64,000 nucleotides of DNA from the NCBI RefSeq assembly GCF_006345805.1, contig NC_042999.1, forward strand, positions 46,066,001 to 46,130,000. Direction: 5' to 3'. Origin of the DNA: Octopus sinensis (lineage: Eukaryota). Under the pieces are notes generated by a model. The model searched no databases. It had not been told where the DNA came from and saw only the letters and a list, made by a program, of their open reading frames with translations. Below are positions 36,500-50,779 of the stretch, piece by piece (position 1 is the first letter of the stretch; each line of letters starts with the position of its first letter). The position numbers were made by a program, and so were the translations under genes.

Positions 36500-38335
36500 C
36501 AAAGAATATGGTGAGCTGTTAGAATCGATACTAACAAAACGCTTAGCGATATTTTAATTTTTTTTTTTACTCTGTACTTCCTGGATTCAAATTCCACCGA
36601 TTTCGTCCTTGCCTTTCATCCTTTCGGAGTCGACAAAAATGTATTCTGCTGCAACACTGGAACTGGGAAATCGATTTTTTGCCTCCCTAAAAACCTTGTG
36701 CCAAAATTTTATTTTAAACCAGTATTAAGGTGGCTGACTGGCGGAATCGTTACTGCGCTTGGACAAAATGCTTGGCAGCTTGTCTTTTGGATCTTTACCC
36801 TTCTGAGTTCAAATGCCACCGAGGTCGACTTTGCCTTTCATCCTTTTAGAGGTCGATAAAATAAGAATCGGTGGAACTCTGGGGCCGATGTAACCGATCT
36901 TTTCCTCCTTTAAAACTGCTGGCCGCATATCAAAATTTGAAATGATTATTAAGGCGGTAAAATAGCAGAATTGTTAATATGCAGGACAAAATGTTTAGTG
37001 GCCTATCTTCCGGGTTTTTACATTCTGCGCTCAAATGCAGCCGAAATCGGCATGCTTTTCATCCTTTTAACGTTCGAGGGTCTTTGTGGTTTTCGTCGCT
37101 GTCTACAATTTTGTTCCAATTGTTTTCAAATCTGGCATATGGATTAAGTTTTGTATACTAATTATGAAAATAAAATTCATTTTTCCTATAAATCCATAAT
37201 TAAAAAGCCACGAACCTTTAAATTTTTCAAAATATGCGTATTTTAGCCAATCTTTAAAGCGTGGAAACAAACATCGGTGTGAGATACGCCGTTCCATGGT
37301 TGACTCTTATCTTTGTGAATTTTGTTCGGCACAGGAACGACTCTACCAGTTCGCTGCCTACTGTTTTCAAATTTTGGCACAAAGCCAGCAGTTTTGAGGG
37401 AAGGTGTAAGTCGATTACATCGACCCCAGTATTTCATTGGTACTTTATTTTATCGAAGTCGGATCTTTGTGGTTTTCGTCATTACATTTTTTTTTTTTTT
37501 TTTACTTGTTTCAGTCATTTGACTGTGGCCATGCTGGAGCACCGCCTTTGTCGAAATTAAAAAAAAAATTAATGTATCTTGTGGAGAAGGAGATATGAGA
37601 AAGATAATATATTTTATAAAATCCTTGAGCGTATTATTGCTTACTTTCGTTCTTGAATTTTTAAACTAATAAATGTATATTTCAAGCAATGTTTTGACTG
37701 TTATTTCTAGCAACTCCTGTTGGTTTGTTCGTAGCTTTTAAATATTTAATTTGTCCGCGAATCTTTTAATGTTTTTCACTGTTTACTGTAACTAGTTTAA
37801 TGTTTTGACGCGTCGGTGCCCCCCCCCCCACCACCACTCCCATTGGTGGAAGAGGCAGCGAATGCGCTGTTTTCTGACTGGCTAAAAATTCTGAAAAATT
37901 ACCAAACTTTGAACACGTAACATTTTCGCAAAATTTTTCTGGAATAAATGAATACCAAATTCGGATTTAGCATCAAAAATTAAACATTTCGACATGCAGT
38001 GACGAAAACCACAAATATCCAATTTCGATAAAATAAAGTACCAGTGGCATACGGGTGGCTATGTAATCAATTTACACCCTCTCTTAAAACTGCTGGCTTT
38101 GTGCCAAAATTTGAAAACATTTGGAGGCGAAATGGTAGAGTCGTTCCTGTGCCGAACAAAATGCTTAACAGCTTTTCTTCTGGCTTTATGTTCTGAGTTC
38201 AAATGCTGCTGACGTCGGCTTTGTCTTTCATCCTTTCGGGTGGCTAAAGTAAGTAGTAGCTGAATACCAGGGTCGATGTTATTGGCTGCCTCCTCTCAAC
38301 AAAATCGCCGCTCTTGTGCCTATAGTAGAAAGAAA
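36500..38335. mobile_element. Cluster of old, diverged family B SINEs in both orientations
   Basis: Repeated gagttcaaat / gcctttcatcctt motifs at about 36590, 36810, 37030, 37420 (minus), 38030 and 38200. Confidence 0.65.
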
Positions 38336-39213
38336 TACTACTAGGGCAAAGTTCATTACTGAAACAATAGAATTAGACAGAGATGACACATCTCGGCAGC
38401 TGGCGTCAAAGATTGAAGGTCGATATTTCGGCGAGGTTGCTTGCACTCACTAAGGATGAAGTGTCCATCATATACAATCGGCTGGTTGGAGCACCACAGT
38501 AGACTTAGTTAATATGCAGTAAACTTTGCAAGCTAGTATAGAATAGGGAAACACAGACCTGCAAATTAACAACCAAACAAGTGATCCTTTACTACGTTCT
38601 GCAAGAAATAACCTATTCTCCCTTAATTTTCACTCAACCGTTTATAAAAACGAGAGAACTTATTGGATTATGTTGTGTACACTATCTGAAGAAAACCCCG
38701 AAAAATAAGTATAAATAAAAATATAAATAAGAGAAAATATTGAATAACCACAGCTGAATTCCTTTTCATCATAACATCTGTTGGATCAAAATTGACCCGG
38801 GGCTTAACAACAACCGTTTGTTAATTCTACAGTGAATGCTAGACATTTAAGGGTTGATGATATAAAAAACATTTTTCCAAGTTAGTAATATTCAAGATCA
38901 TATCTTATACGCTTATAGATTTTGACAACGGCTAAAGACCTAAAGTGTTATTTGATACAGAAGATGAACATTTCCATATAATCTTAATTCGGTTGAAAGT
39001 CACTTGGGACAAAAATATATATAAAATATTCATTTACTGAATTAAAATACTGAAGTTACAAGATATCTATGTGGAAGAAAGACTGTTGTGAGATTTTCTT
39101 AAATTTATGGTGAGTAGCTTTCTTAACGTTCTGTTAGACTAAGTTCTGCGCTGTACTTTAGAATATTAAAGCTAATACTTTTTTCCAATTACACACACAC
39201 ACACACTCACTCA

Positions 39214-39287
<74 letters not shown>

Positions 39288-39354
39288 TGTGTATGCATAT
39301 ATGCACGTGTGTATGCATAAATGGGAAATTGAGATTATTATTTTATGCATGCTT

Positions 39355-39785
39355 AAGGCAGCAAGCTGGCAGAATCGTTAGCACGCCGGGCGAAATGCTT
39401 AGTGATATTTCGTCTGCCGTTACGTTTTGAGTTCAAATTCCGCCGAGGTCGACTTTGCCTTTCATTCTTTCGGGGGTCGATAAAATTAAGTACCAGTTAC
39501 TCACTGGGGTCGATGTAATCGACTTAATCCGTTTGTCTGTCCTTGTTTGTCCTCTCTGCGTTTAGCCGCTTGTGGACAATAAAGAAATAAGGTTTAGCAC
39601 GCCAGACAGAATGCTTAGCGGCAGTTCTTCCAGCTTTATTTTCTGAGTTCAAATGTTACTGAGGTCGATTTTCCCGTTCATCCTTTCGGGGATGATAAAA
39701 TAAGTACCTGTTGAGCACGGGATTTGATATAATCAACTATTCCTCTCCCCGCAAATTGCAGACATTTTCCCGATAGTAGAAAGGA
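39355..39785 (+). mobile_element. Family B SINE dimer (young plus old)
   Basis: The long-tail copy ends at about 39590 and is followed by ttagcacgcc.. and an older body. Confidence 0.85.
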
Positions 39786-39802
39786 TTATTATTATTATTA
39801 TA

Positions 39803-39841
<39 letters not shown>

Positions 39842-39842
<1 letters not shown>

Positions 39843-40092
39843 TATGTTTGACTTTTGCTTTATGTTTGTACAAGTTAGCTCCAAGTCTCACCCAGAGACC
39901 TCAAGAGACAACAGGTTGGAAGTTCACGTTGTTGTTATGCCTAGTGTGCCATATATTTGGGTTTTTTTGGTGTTGTACTAGTGAATGTCTAATAAATCAA
40001 TTCAAAAAAAAAATGTTTGTTTTAAACCTTGAGATTACATAGAGAGTATTTTGCGTAGGATATGAGCAGTTCCCATGAGCACTATCTTTTGG

Positions 40093-40151
<59 letters not shown>

Positions 40152-40406
40152 TATGTTTGACTTTTGCTTTTTGTTTGTACAAGTTGGCTCCAAGTCTCAC
40201 CCAGAGACCTCAAGAGACAACAGGTTGGAAGTTCACGTTGTTGTTATGCCTAGTGTGCCATATATTTGGGGTTTTTTTTTGGTGTTGTACTAGTGAATGT
40301 CTAATAAATCAATTTTTTAAAAAAATGTTTGTTTTAAACCTTGAGATTACATAGAGTATTTTGCGTAGGATATGAGCAGTTCCCATGAGCACTATCTTTT
40401 GAATTT
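39842..40406 (-). mobile_element. Two tandem copies of the R4/Dong-like 3' end (family 2), each in (TTA)n
   Basis: 39842-40096 and 40151-40406 match 25770-26008 in reverse complement. Both are truncated at the same base. Confidence 0.9.
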
Positions 40407-40651
40407 ATTATTATTATTATCATTATTATTATTATTGTTATTATTATTATTGTTATTATTTCTGTATTCAATATTGTGTTTCTTCCGTATCTAAGCAAGA
40501 CGAAATGCCTATGTTTCGCATAATTCACAGAGGCATCACCTAATGCTACTCTGATGTAGTGTCACTCCAGCATATTGCGTAATTTTTCACATGGATCATT
40601 TACATATAAGGTGTTAATGTGGTTAGAAATAGAGTGGTACACATACACACA

Positions 40652-40692
<41 letters not shown>

Positions 40693-40695
<3 letters not shown>

Positions 40696-41048
40696 CGCAG
40701 GCGTGGCTGTATGGTATGAAGCTTGCTTCCCGACCACATGGTTTCGGGTTCAGTTCCACTGCGTGGCACCTGGGGCACGTGTCTTCTACTATAGCTTCGG
40801 GCCAACCGAAGCCTTGTGATTAGATGCGGTAGACGGAAACTGAAAGAAGCCCGTCAGTCTATGTGTGCGTCTTTGAGTCTATGTTTGTCCCCCCACCACT
40901 GCTTGACAAGCGGTGTTGGTTTGTTTATGTCCTCGTAACTTAGTGATTCGGTAAAGAAACTGATAAAATAAGCACTGGAGTCAATACATTCGACCAAAAA
41001 GTTTTCAAGACGGTGCTCCAGCATGGCTGCAGTCTAATGACTGAAACA

Positions 41049-41050
<2 letters not shown>
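40693..41050 (+). mobile_element. Family A SINE
   Basis: Head, core and tail. Confidence 0.85.
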
Positions 41051-41086
<36 letters not shown>

Positions 41087-41089
41087 CAT

Positions 41090-41410
41090 GCAAAATGGGA
41101 CAAGAACGTAAAACATCCGGATAGTTAGGTGATACAAAAATAGGACAACAAAACATTCAGATAGACGAAACAAAGAAAACAAGGACGGGTGATTCGAAGT
41201 TTTCTTTCCTCAGTCAAGTACCAGATTATCTTCGCAATTTCAGCTGATTATACTTGAGATTGCTCCAATCTGACCAGCCCCAAGGAAAAACTAAGCTAAG
41301 AGCATTAGATTCCTTGGAAGAAAGTAGCGAATGTATACAAAAACAAGGACGGAATAAAACGGACAATGTTACACAAATACAATAAAAAAAATAATAACAG
41401 GATATAACAA
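41090..41410. repeat. Dispersed repeat related to 34950-35100
   Basis: aaaatgggacaagaacg..aaggacgggt..cagtcaag..ccagattatc shared with 34950-35100. Confidence 0.7.
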
Positions 41411-41453
41411 CAGGTGTTACTTACATGTATACATACATAGATACATACATACA

Positions 41454-41487
<34 letters not shown>

Positions 41488-41524
41488 CATACTAACATAC
41501 ATACATGCATGCATACATAAACTA

Positions 41525-41715
41525 GAATTTTCAGAAAGAGAATCGAGCGGCTAATTCGTACATTACGAGTGCAATCTGTGAGTGGAACAGTAAAAATATG
41601 CAAGACTTTTCTAAGGTTCCAAATGTGAATTTGTCTGTTATCGACATCCCAAAGATGGAGCCTTGTATCATTGTTGGAAACCGGATCCCTCCCCAGTGGA
41701 AGATTTATAATAATA
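41525..41715 (+). mobile_element. Probable 3' end of another non-LTR element
   Basis: QKRIERLIRTLRVQSVSGTVKICKTFLRF.. followed by a short UTR and ataataa tail, set within (CATA)n. Confidence 0.4.
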
Positions 41716-41777
41716 AAAAAAACAGAAGAGACATACATACATACATACATACATACATACATACATACATACATACA

Positions 41778-41812
<35 letters not shown>

Positions 41813-42928
41813 TAGGCATTAACAAGAAATAGCCAACAATTACCTAATCATTTTGAAACGTGTTTAATTGTTTTGAGGGCAAATATTTGTTAACTGTTTT
41901 AATTTCAGAAGAGTTTTTCTTCTTCTGTCTTCACGAGTATTATTTATTTACAAGAATGATTCGCTACATTTTCATACAAATGTTTTTGGAAATTAAGATA
42001 AGTGACAAAGGTCTTTTATTTATTTTTTCATTTATTTGTTTGTTTGTTTGTTTAGTTAATCTATTCTGTTCGTGTTGAAGATTTTTAATCCTTCTCAAAG
42101 CAGAAAATGGCCTCCCAACAGAAAATACACTTGCTGGATGTGTTAAATAAATGCACCAGCTTCACCGCTTCATGGAATGGTTTGCACTTCATTTTAAAAC
42201 ATGAAAGCCGGCAAGTCTTTAATTGAGTTATTCCAGAACACTTGTGAATTATTAATTTCAGCTAGATCAGTTTTCAATTTTATGACATCAAAGAAGTTAC
42301 CATAATATTTTAACCAAAAATTTCTAGTGCATTTATACCAATGCAAGTAAACTTTTTCGTATCAACGAACGGAATAATTCGTACATTTTTGTAGTCACTG
42401 TATCTTACTTTCATATGCTCCAACACATAATTTAGTGTATTAGAAAGATTACTCTTTTTCTTTCTTTTTTCATTTGTTTCAAATTCTGGCACAAGGCCAG
42501 CAATTTTGGGCAGTGCTCAACTGGTACCTAATTTATCGACCACCAAAGGATGAAAGGCAAAGTCGATCTTGGTGGAATTTGAGATCAGAATATAAAGAAG
42601 ACGGACGAAATGCCGCTAAGCATTTTCCCGGCCAGCTAACAATTCTGCCAGCTTGCCGTTTTAGTCTTTCTTCTTTAATTAAAACCTTCTTCCGACATGC
42701 TGAATGAATGAAATTATATCCAATGCAATATTCTTCAAACTTTTCAAAGATATCATAACAATTTTTACACAGATCTTCAGATAAATTCTTGGCGTCTTTG
42801 AGTTTTTCAACATAAAATTATATATGCGCAATATTTCTTATGAAGATATGGTAGAGCTTGTGAGTTTTAATGAAAATTATATCTTAAACCATAGGAAAAA
42901 AGTATGTTGAATATTTCGTTAACTAACA

Positions 42929-43308
42929 TAGGCGCAGTAGTGGCTGTGTGGTAAGTATCTTGCTTACCAACCACATGATTCCGGGTTCAGTCCCACTGCG
43001 TGGCACTTTGGGCAAGTGTCTTCTACTATAGCCTCGGGCCGACCAAAGCCTTGTGAGTGGATTTGGTAGACGGAAACTGAAAGAAACCCATCGTATATAT
43101 GTTTATATGTGTATGTATGTGTATATGTTTGCGTGTTTGTGTTTGTCCCCTCAACATCGCTTGACAACCGATGCTGGTGTGTTTACGTCTCCGTAACTTA
43201 GCGGTTCGGCAAAAGAGACTTACAAAGAATAAGTTCTGGAGTCGATTTGCTCGACTCAAGGCGGTACTCCGGCATGGCCACAGTCAAATGACTGAAACAA
43301 GTAAAAGT
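42929..43308 (+). mobile_element. Family A SINE
   Basis: Head, core and tail. Confidence 0.9.
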
Positions 43309-43849
43309 AATGATAAAACACATCGCTCTACGTATCTGATTCCCACAATAACTTCAGCTGTTAAAAATGAACAGTGTAAAACACTTGGATCAGAGATCCA
43401 ACTCGTAGCTGCATTTCTACACTATCATATTCATAAACTGAGGTCGTTTTATCGTGTATCTGGAAAACGAGAAAGGACCTTCGATGGTCTTGCAAAAGAT
43501 TATACATTCGTGAGAAACAAGATTGATGGCAATTAGTTAGTAACATTGATGATTTACTTTAATTTAGCTTGACATCCCATTTAAATGCTAAAGATTTTCG
43601 TCAACAGCCATAATTACTGCTGAAAAGGAAATATATACTAAAATAGGACAAAGTCTTATTTGCGATTTCTACGAAGAATTGGTGGGTCGTTTTTTATTAA
43701 CAGGGAGAGATGCGAAGTTCATCTACAAATGGCAATGTGAATATATATGCTTTAGAAGAACACTTTGATGGTTATTGTTGACTGTCTATTGTCAATGTTT
43801 ACTGTTAACCCTCAACCCTGAATATTTACTCACAATACAAGCTTGATGT

Positions 43850-43864
43850 ATGTATGTATGTATG

Positions 43865-43896
<32 letters not shown>

Positions 43897-44320
43897 TGTA
43901 TGTATGTATGTACTCACGAGCCAGGGGCATTCATGGGCTAAAGAATCGAAATATAAGGATGCTGTCCTAACGAGCGAAAATTCGTTCAAGCATATATGTA
44001 TGTATGTATAAATGCATGTATGTATGTATGCATGCATGTAAATATGCATGTATGCATGTATATATGTATTTATGTGTGCACACATGTATTCATGCATGCA
44101 TACATACATGTATACATGCATGTATGTATGTATGCATGCATAGTTGTATGCATGCATGTACCTATGTATGAATGTATATATGCATGTATCCATGTTTGTA
44201 TGAATGTATGTATGTATAAATGCATATATACGTACATGCATGGATGTATGCATGCAGTATGTATGTATGTATGTATGTATGTATGTTTGTATGTATGTAT
44301 GTATGTATGTATGTATGTGA
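43850..44320. repeat. Degenerate (TATG)n microsatellite
   Basis: Direct reading. Confidence 0.9.
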
Positions 44321-44321
44321 G

Positions 44322-44851
44322 TAACCTATTAACCCAATTTGCTGACTTTTCCGATGGCTCGCATGTGTCGATGAATGGTTGAGTGACCAAACCCAAGCTT
44401 CTCTGCTAGTCCATCAATAGTTTTGATGGTATTTTGTTCCACCAGGGTTTGCAGGACGTCCTCATCAAGTTCTACAGATCTTCGAGGTCGAGGCTCGTCT
44501 TCTATGCTATAGTTTCCGGCTCAGAATTTCTGGAACCACCGTAGACACTGGCTTACGCTTATTGCTCGATCCCCATATACTGCATTAATATTCCTCGCAC
44601 TTTCCGTTGCTGCCTTTATTGAACTCATAAAACAAAATATGGCGAATATGGCCCTTTGTCACTTCCGTTATAGCTTTGAAAAAAATAACTATTAAAATTG
44701 AACTGCACTCTTCAAAACTTGCACTAAGAGTAAATACAAGGTAAAATTATTACCTGCTTTTATAACAAGCTAATTCAGGTAGTTTATCCCTTCTCCCTCC
44801 GACTTTTAGTTCATGCAATTGAAAAAACCGCATTATTTATGGGAGGACTCA
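44322..44851 (-). mobile_element. Mariner transposon 5' half (N-terminal HTH region)
   Basis: EVTKGHIRHILFYEFNKG..RWFQKF..EDEPRPRRSVELDEDVLQTLVEQN..EKLGFGHSTIHRHMRAIGKVSKLG, with a TIR-like end at about 44820-44851. Confidence 0.85.
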
Positions 44852-44879
44852 ATGTGCATGATATAATACAATACAATAC

Positions 44880-44911
<32 letters not shown>

Positions 44912-44929
44912 TGAGCACCACCAGCAAAA

Positions 44930-45104
44930 ATATTTTTTTCCTCTGTCTTCCCTTCTCGGGATCTTTCCTTCTCCTTCTTTCCGACGAAGAGCTCCGCTGG
45001 AAACGTTAAACCCTCCTTCCCTTCTTTCCTGAGCGTCAAATAATACTTTAATTGTTCCACGTCCTCGCGTTGCTGTGTTTTTTTCTGTGTTTTCTTGTTT
45101 AGAT

Positions 45105-45110
<6 letters not shown>
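44930..45110 (+). repeat. Second copy of the hammerhead-bearing module, (TA)n-flanked, core mutated
   Basis: ttt CCGACGA a gagc tcc gctg GAAAC GTT aaa at 44978-45010. Confidence 0.7.
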
Positions 45111-45180
<70 letters not shown>

Positions 45181-45383
45181 TATATATATATAATATAAAT
45201 AATATATAAATATATGCATATATACATACATATATGTACATACCTAAATACATATGTATATATACATGCATATATGGGTACAGGACATCAAAAAACGTTG
45301 AACACAATGAGAAACGAAAACAAAAACATAGAAAGGAGACATTCAACATAAAGAATATTCCCCTTCTTCAGTTGTCCCTGTTT

Positions 45384-45423
<40 letters not shown>

Positions 45424-45632
45424 ATGTATGTATGTGTGTGTGTATGCGCATATATTACACACACACATAGACACATATATATACCCAGCTGCATACATAC
45501 ATACACATGTGCGTGTGCGTGTGTGGCGCGCGCACGACGATGTTACCGTCCAATCTTAATTAGATTCTTTTGTATATATATCTCTTCAGAAAAACCCTTA
45601 CAGCTTGTTTGGAATAACAATGTTCTCTAGTT

Positions 45633-45675
45633 CATTTTATCGACGTTTCCATTATCGTCATCAGGATGTAAAATG
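45633..45675 (-). ncRNA. Minimal type I hammerhead motif, different family, GUC cleavage triplet
   Basis: Minus strand cattttacatc CTGATGA cgataatg GAAAC GTC gataaaatg. Stem I has 9 bp with a 2-nt bulge; stem II is weak. Confidence 0.55.
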
Positions 45676-45956
45676 GCGTTGGCTTCTGTACTACCTCTCT
45701 TATAGTGACCAACTTATATCTATCCAAGTTTAACCGCCATAATTTGACAGTTATAGTAACACGTCAACCACGGACGTATTTTGACGGCTACAGAAGCACG
45801 TCATCAATCACATCCTTATCATGTTTGGGACGTGCGTACGTTGCCTGCTAGGTATTTATATAGAACATGCCAATCGTATCCAACCAAACAAAAGTAATTA
45901 AGCAATTTTTATTGTAACATACCTAAATGAAAACTTGTTCTCCTTATCCTTATGTG

Positions 45957-46019
<63 letters not shown>

Positions 46020-46022
46020 ATA

Positions 46023-48027
<2,005 letters not shown>

Positions 48028-48036
48028 TTATATATA

Positions 48037-48068
<32 letters not shown>

Positions 48069-48414
48069 TGTTATATTTCTGGATGGCCATTTCAAATTGT
48101 CAAATAAACACACACGGACTATATATTCATTCTTCACTTGTTTATTACTGTTCTTATTTTATCTTGTGTCTATTGTCTGGAAATCTTTCGTCACACATCT
48201 ATAACCACTTCAGTGATCCTTTCCATCCATATGTACCCTCCTGCTCCGCTTAGTCCATTCTGTCCTGCTATGATGCCGTAGAAGGACGACTTAGATTCAA
48301 TTTAGTTCGTGTGTTTATTTGACAAAAAAAAAAAGAAGATTATCCCGAAATGTCACAATATCTGTTTCAACACACGATTTCACATCAGGAATCTTGCAAC
48401 TCAATTTCATAAAC

Positions 48415-48490
<76 letters not shown>

Positions 48491-48558
48491 CACACACACA
48501 CATGCATATATATGCGTGTCTCGCTATCTACCTGTCTGTCAGTCTCTCTCTCTCTCTC

Positions 48559-48609
<51 letters not shown>

Positions 48610-48920
48610 CGCACAAACTTATAGATATGTGTACCTGTATACCGGTTATGGAATATAGCTGGTCAGAATGTTACCGTCAGTTTCGCGTCGAAAATTGCAC
48701 TTGGCAATATTGACGATTCTTCAGAAATGGTGTCTGTAAGCGCTTACTTTCTTTTACGCTAGAACTATATATAAAGCTATATATAGGGGGTGGCACGGCG
48801 TTGGTAAAAAAACCCAAACGAAATATAATGAGCAATTTTGAAAAGTCTCAGCTTTTTCTGGGAGAGAAAGAATTACTCCCCACAGCCATGGTTGAATCAT
48901 GTCAATTGAGCGCGCGTGTA

Positions 48921-48952
<32 letters not shown>

Positions 48953-49737
48953 TGTGTGTGTGAGTGGGTGTGGCGTTCTCTGATTAAAAAATGACGATAG
49001 CCACTTTGCCTAAATGAATTTTCGCTCATGAGGACAGTATCCTTATATTTCGATTCTTTAGTTCATGAATGCCCCTGGCTCGTGTGAATTTTTAAAGAAT
49101 GATTTTTTTTAGCATGCAACGCCCATTTCATTCTGATATGGTCCGGGTCGTTCTAGTAATTTCCAGTTGATAGGTTCAAAAGGAACCTTAATTGGATCGA
49201 TCTCACCGATCGAGGAGGGCTTGCAAAAGCCTTGGGTGCTGTTCCTTTCTCATACCTCTGCAAATAAAACAAAAGTGATTCTTCCATCATGATAATTGTA
49301 TCTTGATAGAAGCAGCTGAAAATGTGACAGTTTTTTACCAAATTTTATCATGTTCGGTAATTCAATATCATGTTTATAATTTCACTGACATTTGTCATAG
49401 TTATTATCGACAAAATCAAGTATTTGCTTAGTCAAAATGCAACTAGCAGTAGAGGCCTTTTTTCCAGTATGTCTCTATGCTCCTTTTCCTATTTAGCGTG
49501 AAGTTTAATGCTATTTTCCCTTTTTATCTTTGATCTAACCAATTTATCTAGGTCCAAATATTTGCAATAATATTTGGTTTCCGTAATCGGAAACAGGTTT
49601 CTCGTGTTTATTTAAAGCTTTCGCTAAATTATTTAAATCCCCAAATCCGGTTTCTACCCACACATATTCAGCAGATTCATGAATAACATGCATAGGAAGC
49701 AATCTACTCTTCCTTTTTCTTTTTTAACTTTGTAGTA

Positions 49738-50296
49738 TTGGGTTGTCCGGAAAGTTCGTGCCGATTTATAGTAGCTTATCTTTCGACTTATTTTAGAACA
49801 TGGTTAAATCCATAAAATAGGATTTGACTACACCCCCATTTAGAACACAGTTTAAGCTATCTTTTCGTGGAAGAAAGTTTATGTTCCTGTGTTAATTCTG
49901 TAACCCTTTAAAATGGAAGATAAGAAAGTTCATTTCGGCACTTGATGCTTTGGGAACCAGACAAAAATTGCTGCAGCTCGGCTGGGATGTGTTACCCCAC
50001 CCTCCATAGTCACCAGATATTGCTCCTTTGGATTTCCACTTATTCAGGTCTCTGCAGAATAGTCTTAATGGTAAAAATTTCAATTCCTTGGATGACGTAA
50101 AAAGATACCTTGATGAATTCTTTGCCATGAAACCACCTCAGTTCTGGGGAGAGGGTATTTTTAAGTTTCAAGGAAAGATGGAGATGCATTGTGTAACAAA
50201 ATGGTTCATATTTGGTTGATTATAAGTGTAATGGCAAGTATTTATTGGCCTTTTCCTTTCCTTTAAAAATCGGCACGAACTTTCCGGACAACCCAA
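49738..50296 (+). mobile_element. Internally deleted mariner (MITE-like), 30-bp perfect TIRs, TA TSD
   Basis: TA|ttgggttgtccggaaagttcgtgccgattt ... aaatcggcacgaactttccggacaacccaa|TA. MEDKKVHFRHLMLWE is fused to ..SPDIAPLDFHLFRSLQNSLNGKNF. Confidence 0.95.
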
Positions 50297-50779
50297 TAGA
50301 TAGATAAATAGACAGATATACAGTTTGTTTGTCTAGTCTATGTATGTATATGTTATATATACGTAGATAATAGTAATTGACTGAGAGTATAAAAGCACTA
50401 AACTGAATGCCAGAGAGTTGCACACGGTAAAAAAACAAGAATAGAACAAAAGACAATGTTTATTAACTTAATTTGTTTTCCAGAAAATACCAGTTTAAAA
50501 ACTGGCAAATTGATCGTATGATTGATCTAAGTGAAAAGCATTGGTTATAAACACGAGTGAGTAAAACCCGGAATGGTTGATTAAAGAAAAGAGGTAAAAA
50601 AAAAAATGAAAGACATTTTACGAAGAAAACAAAGAATGGTGATGAGAAGAAAAAAAATAAAGATTAAATACGAACTAGAAGAAATCATAAGATAATATTT
50701 ATCCCCCACTTAAATGTGAATGTTCTATTAGAAAAAAAAAAAAACTATTCTGTGATAAATACCATGAGAGAAACTTTCG

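Noticed and set aside
41181-41216. Hammerhead-like CTGAGGA-stem-GAAT on the minus strand (also about 35040-35075)
   Set aside because: It has GAAU rather than GAAA and no canonical NUH/stem I arrangement; not supportable as a ribozyme.
43330-43545. Possible CR1 RT remnant on the minus strand
   Set aside because: Only faint motif similarity with several stops; not enough to list.
49207-49257. 51-nt minus-strand exon candidate
   Set aside because: The acceptor is good, but the donor is moderate and the peptide is unrecognisable; no partner exon was found.
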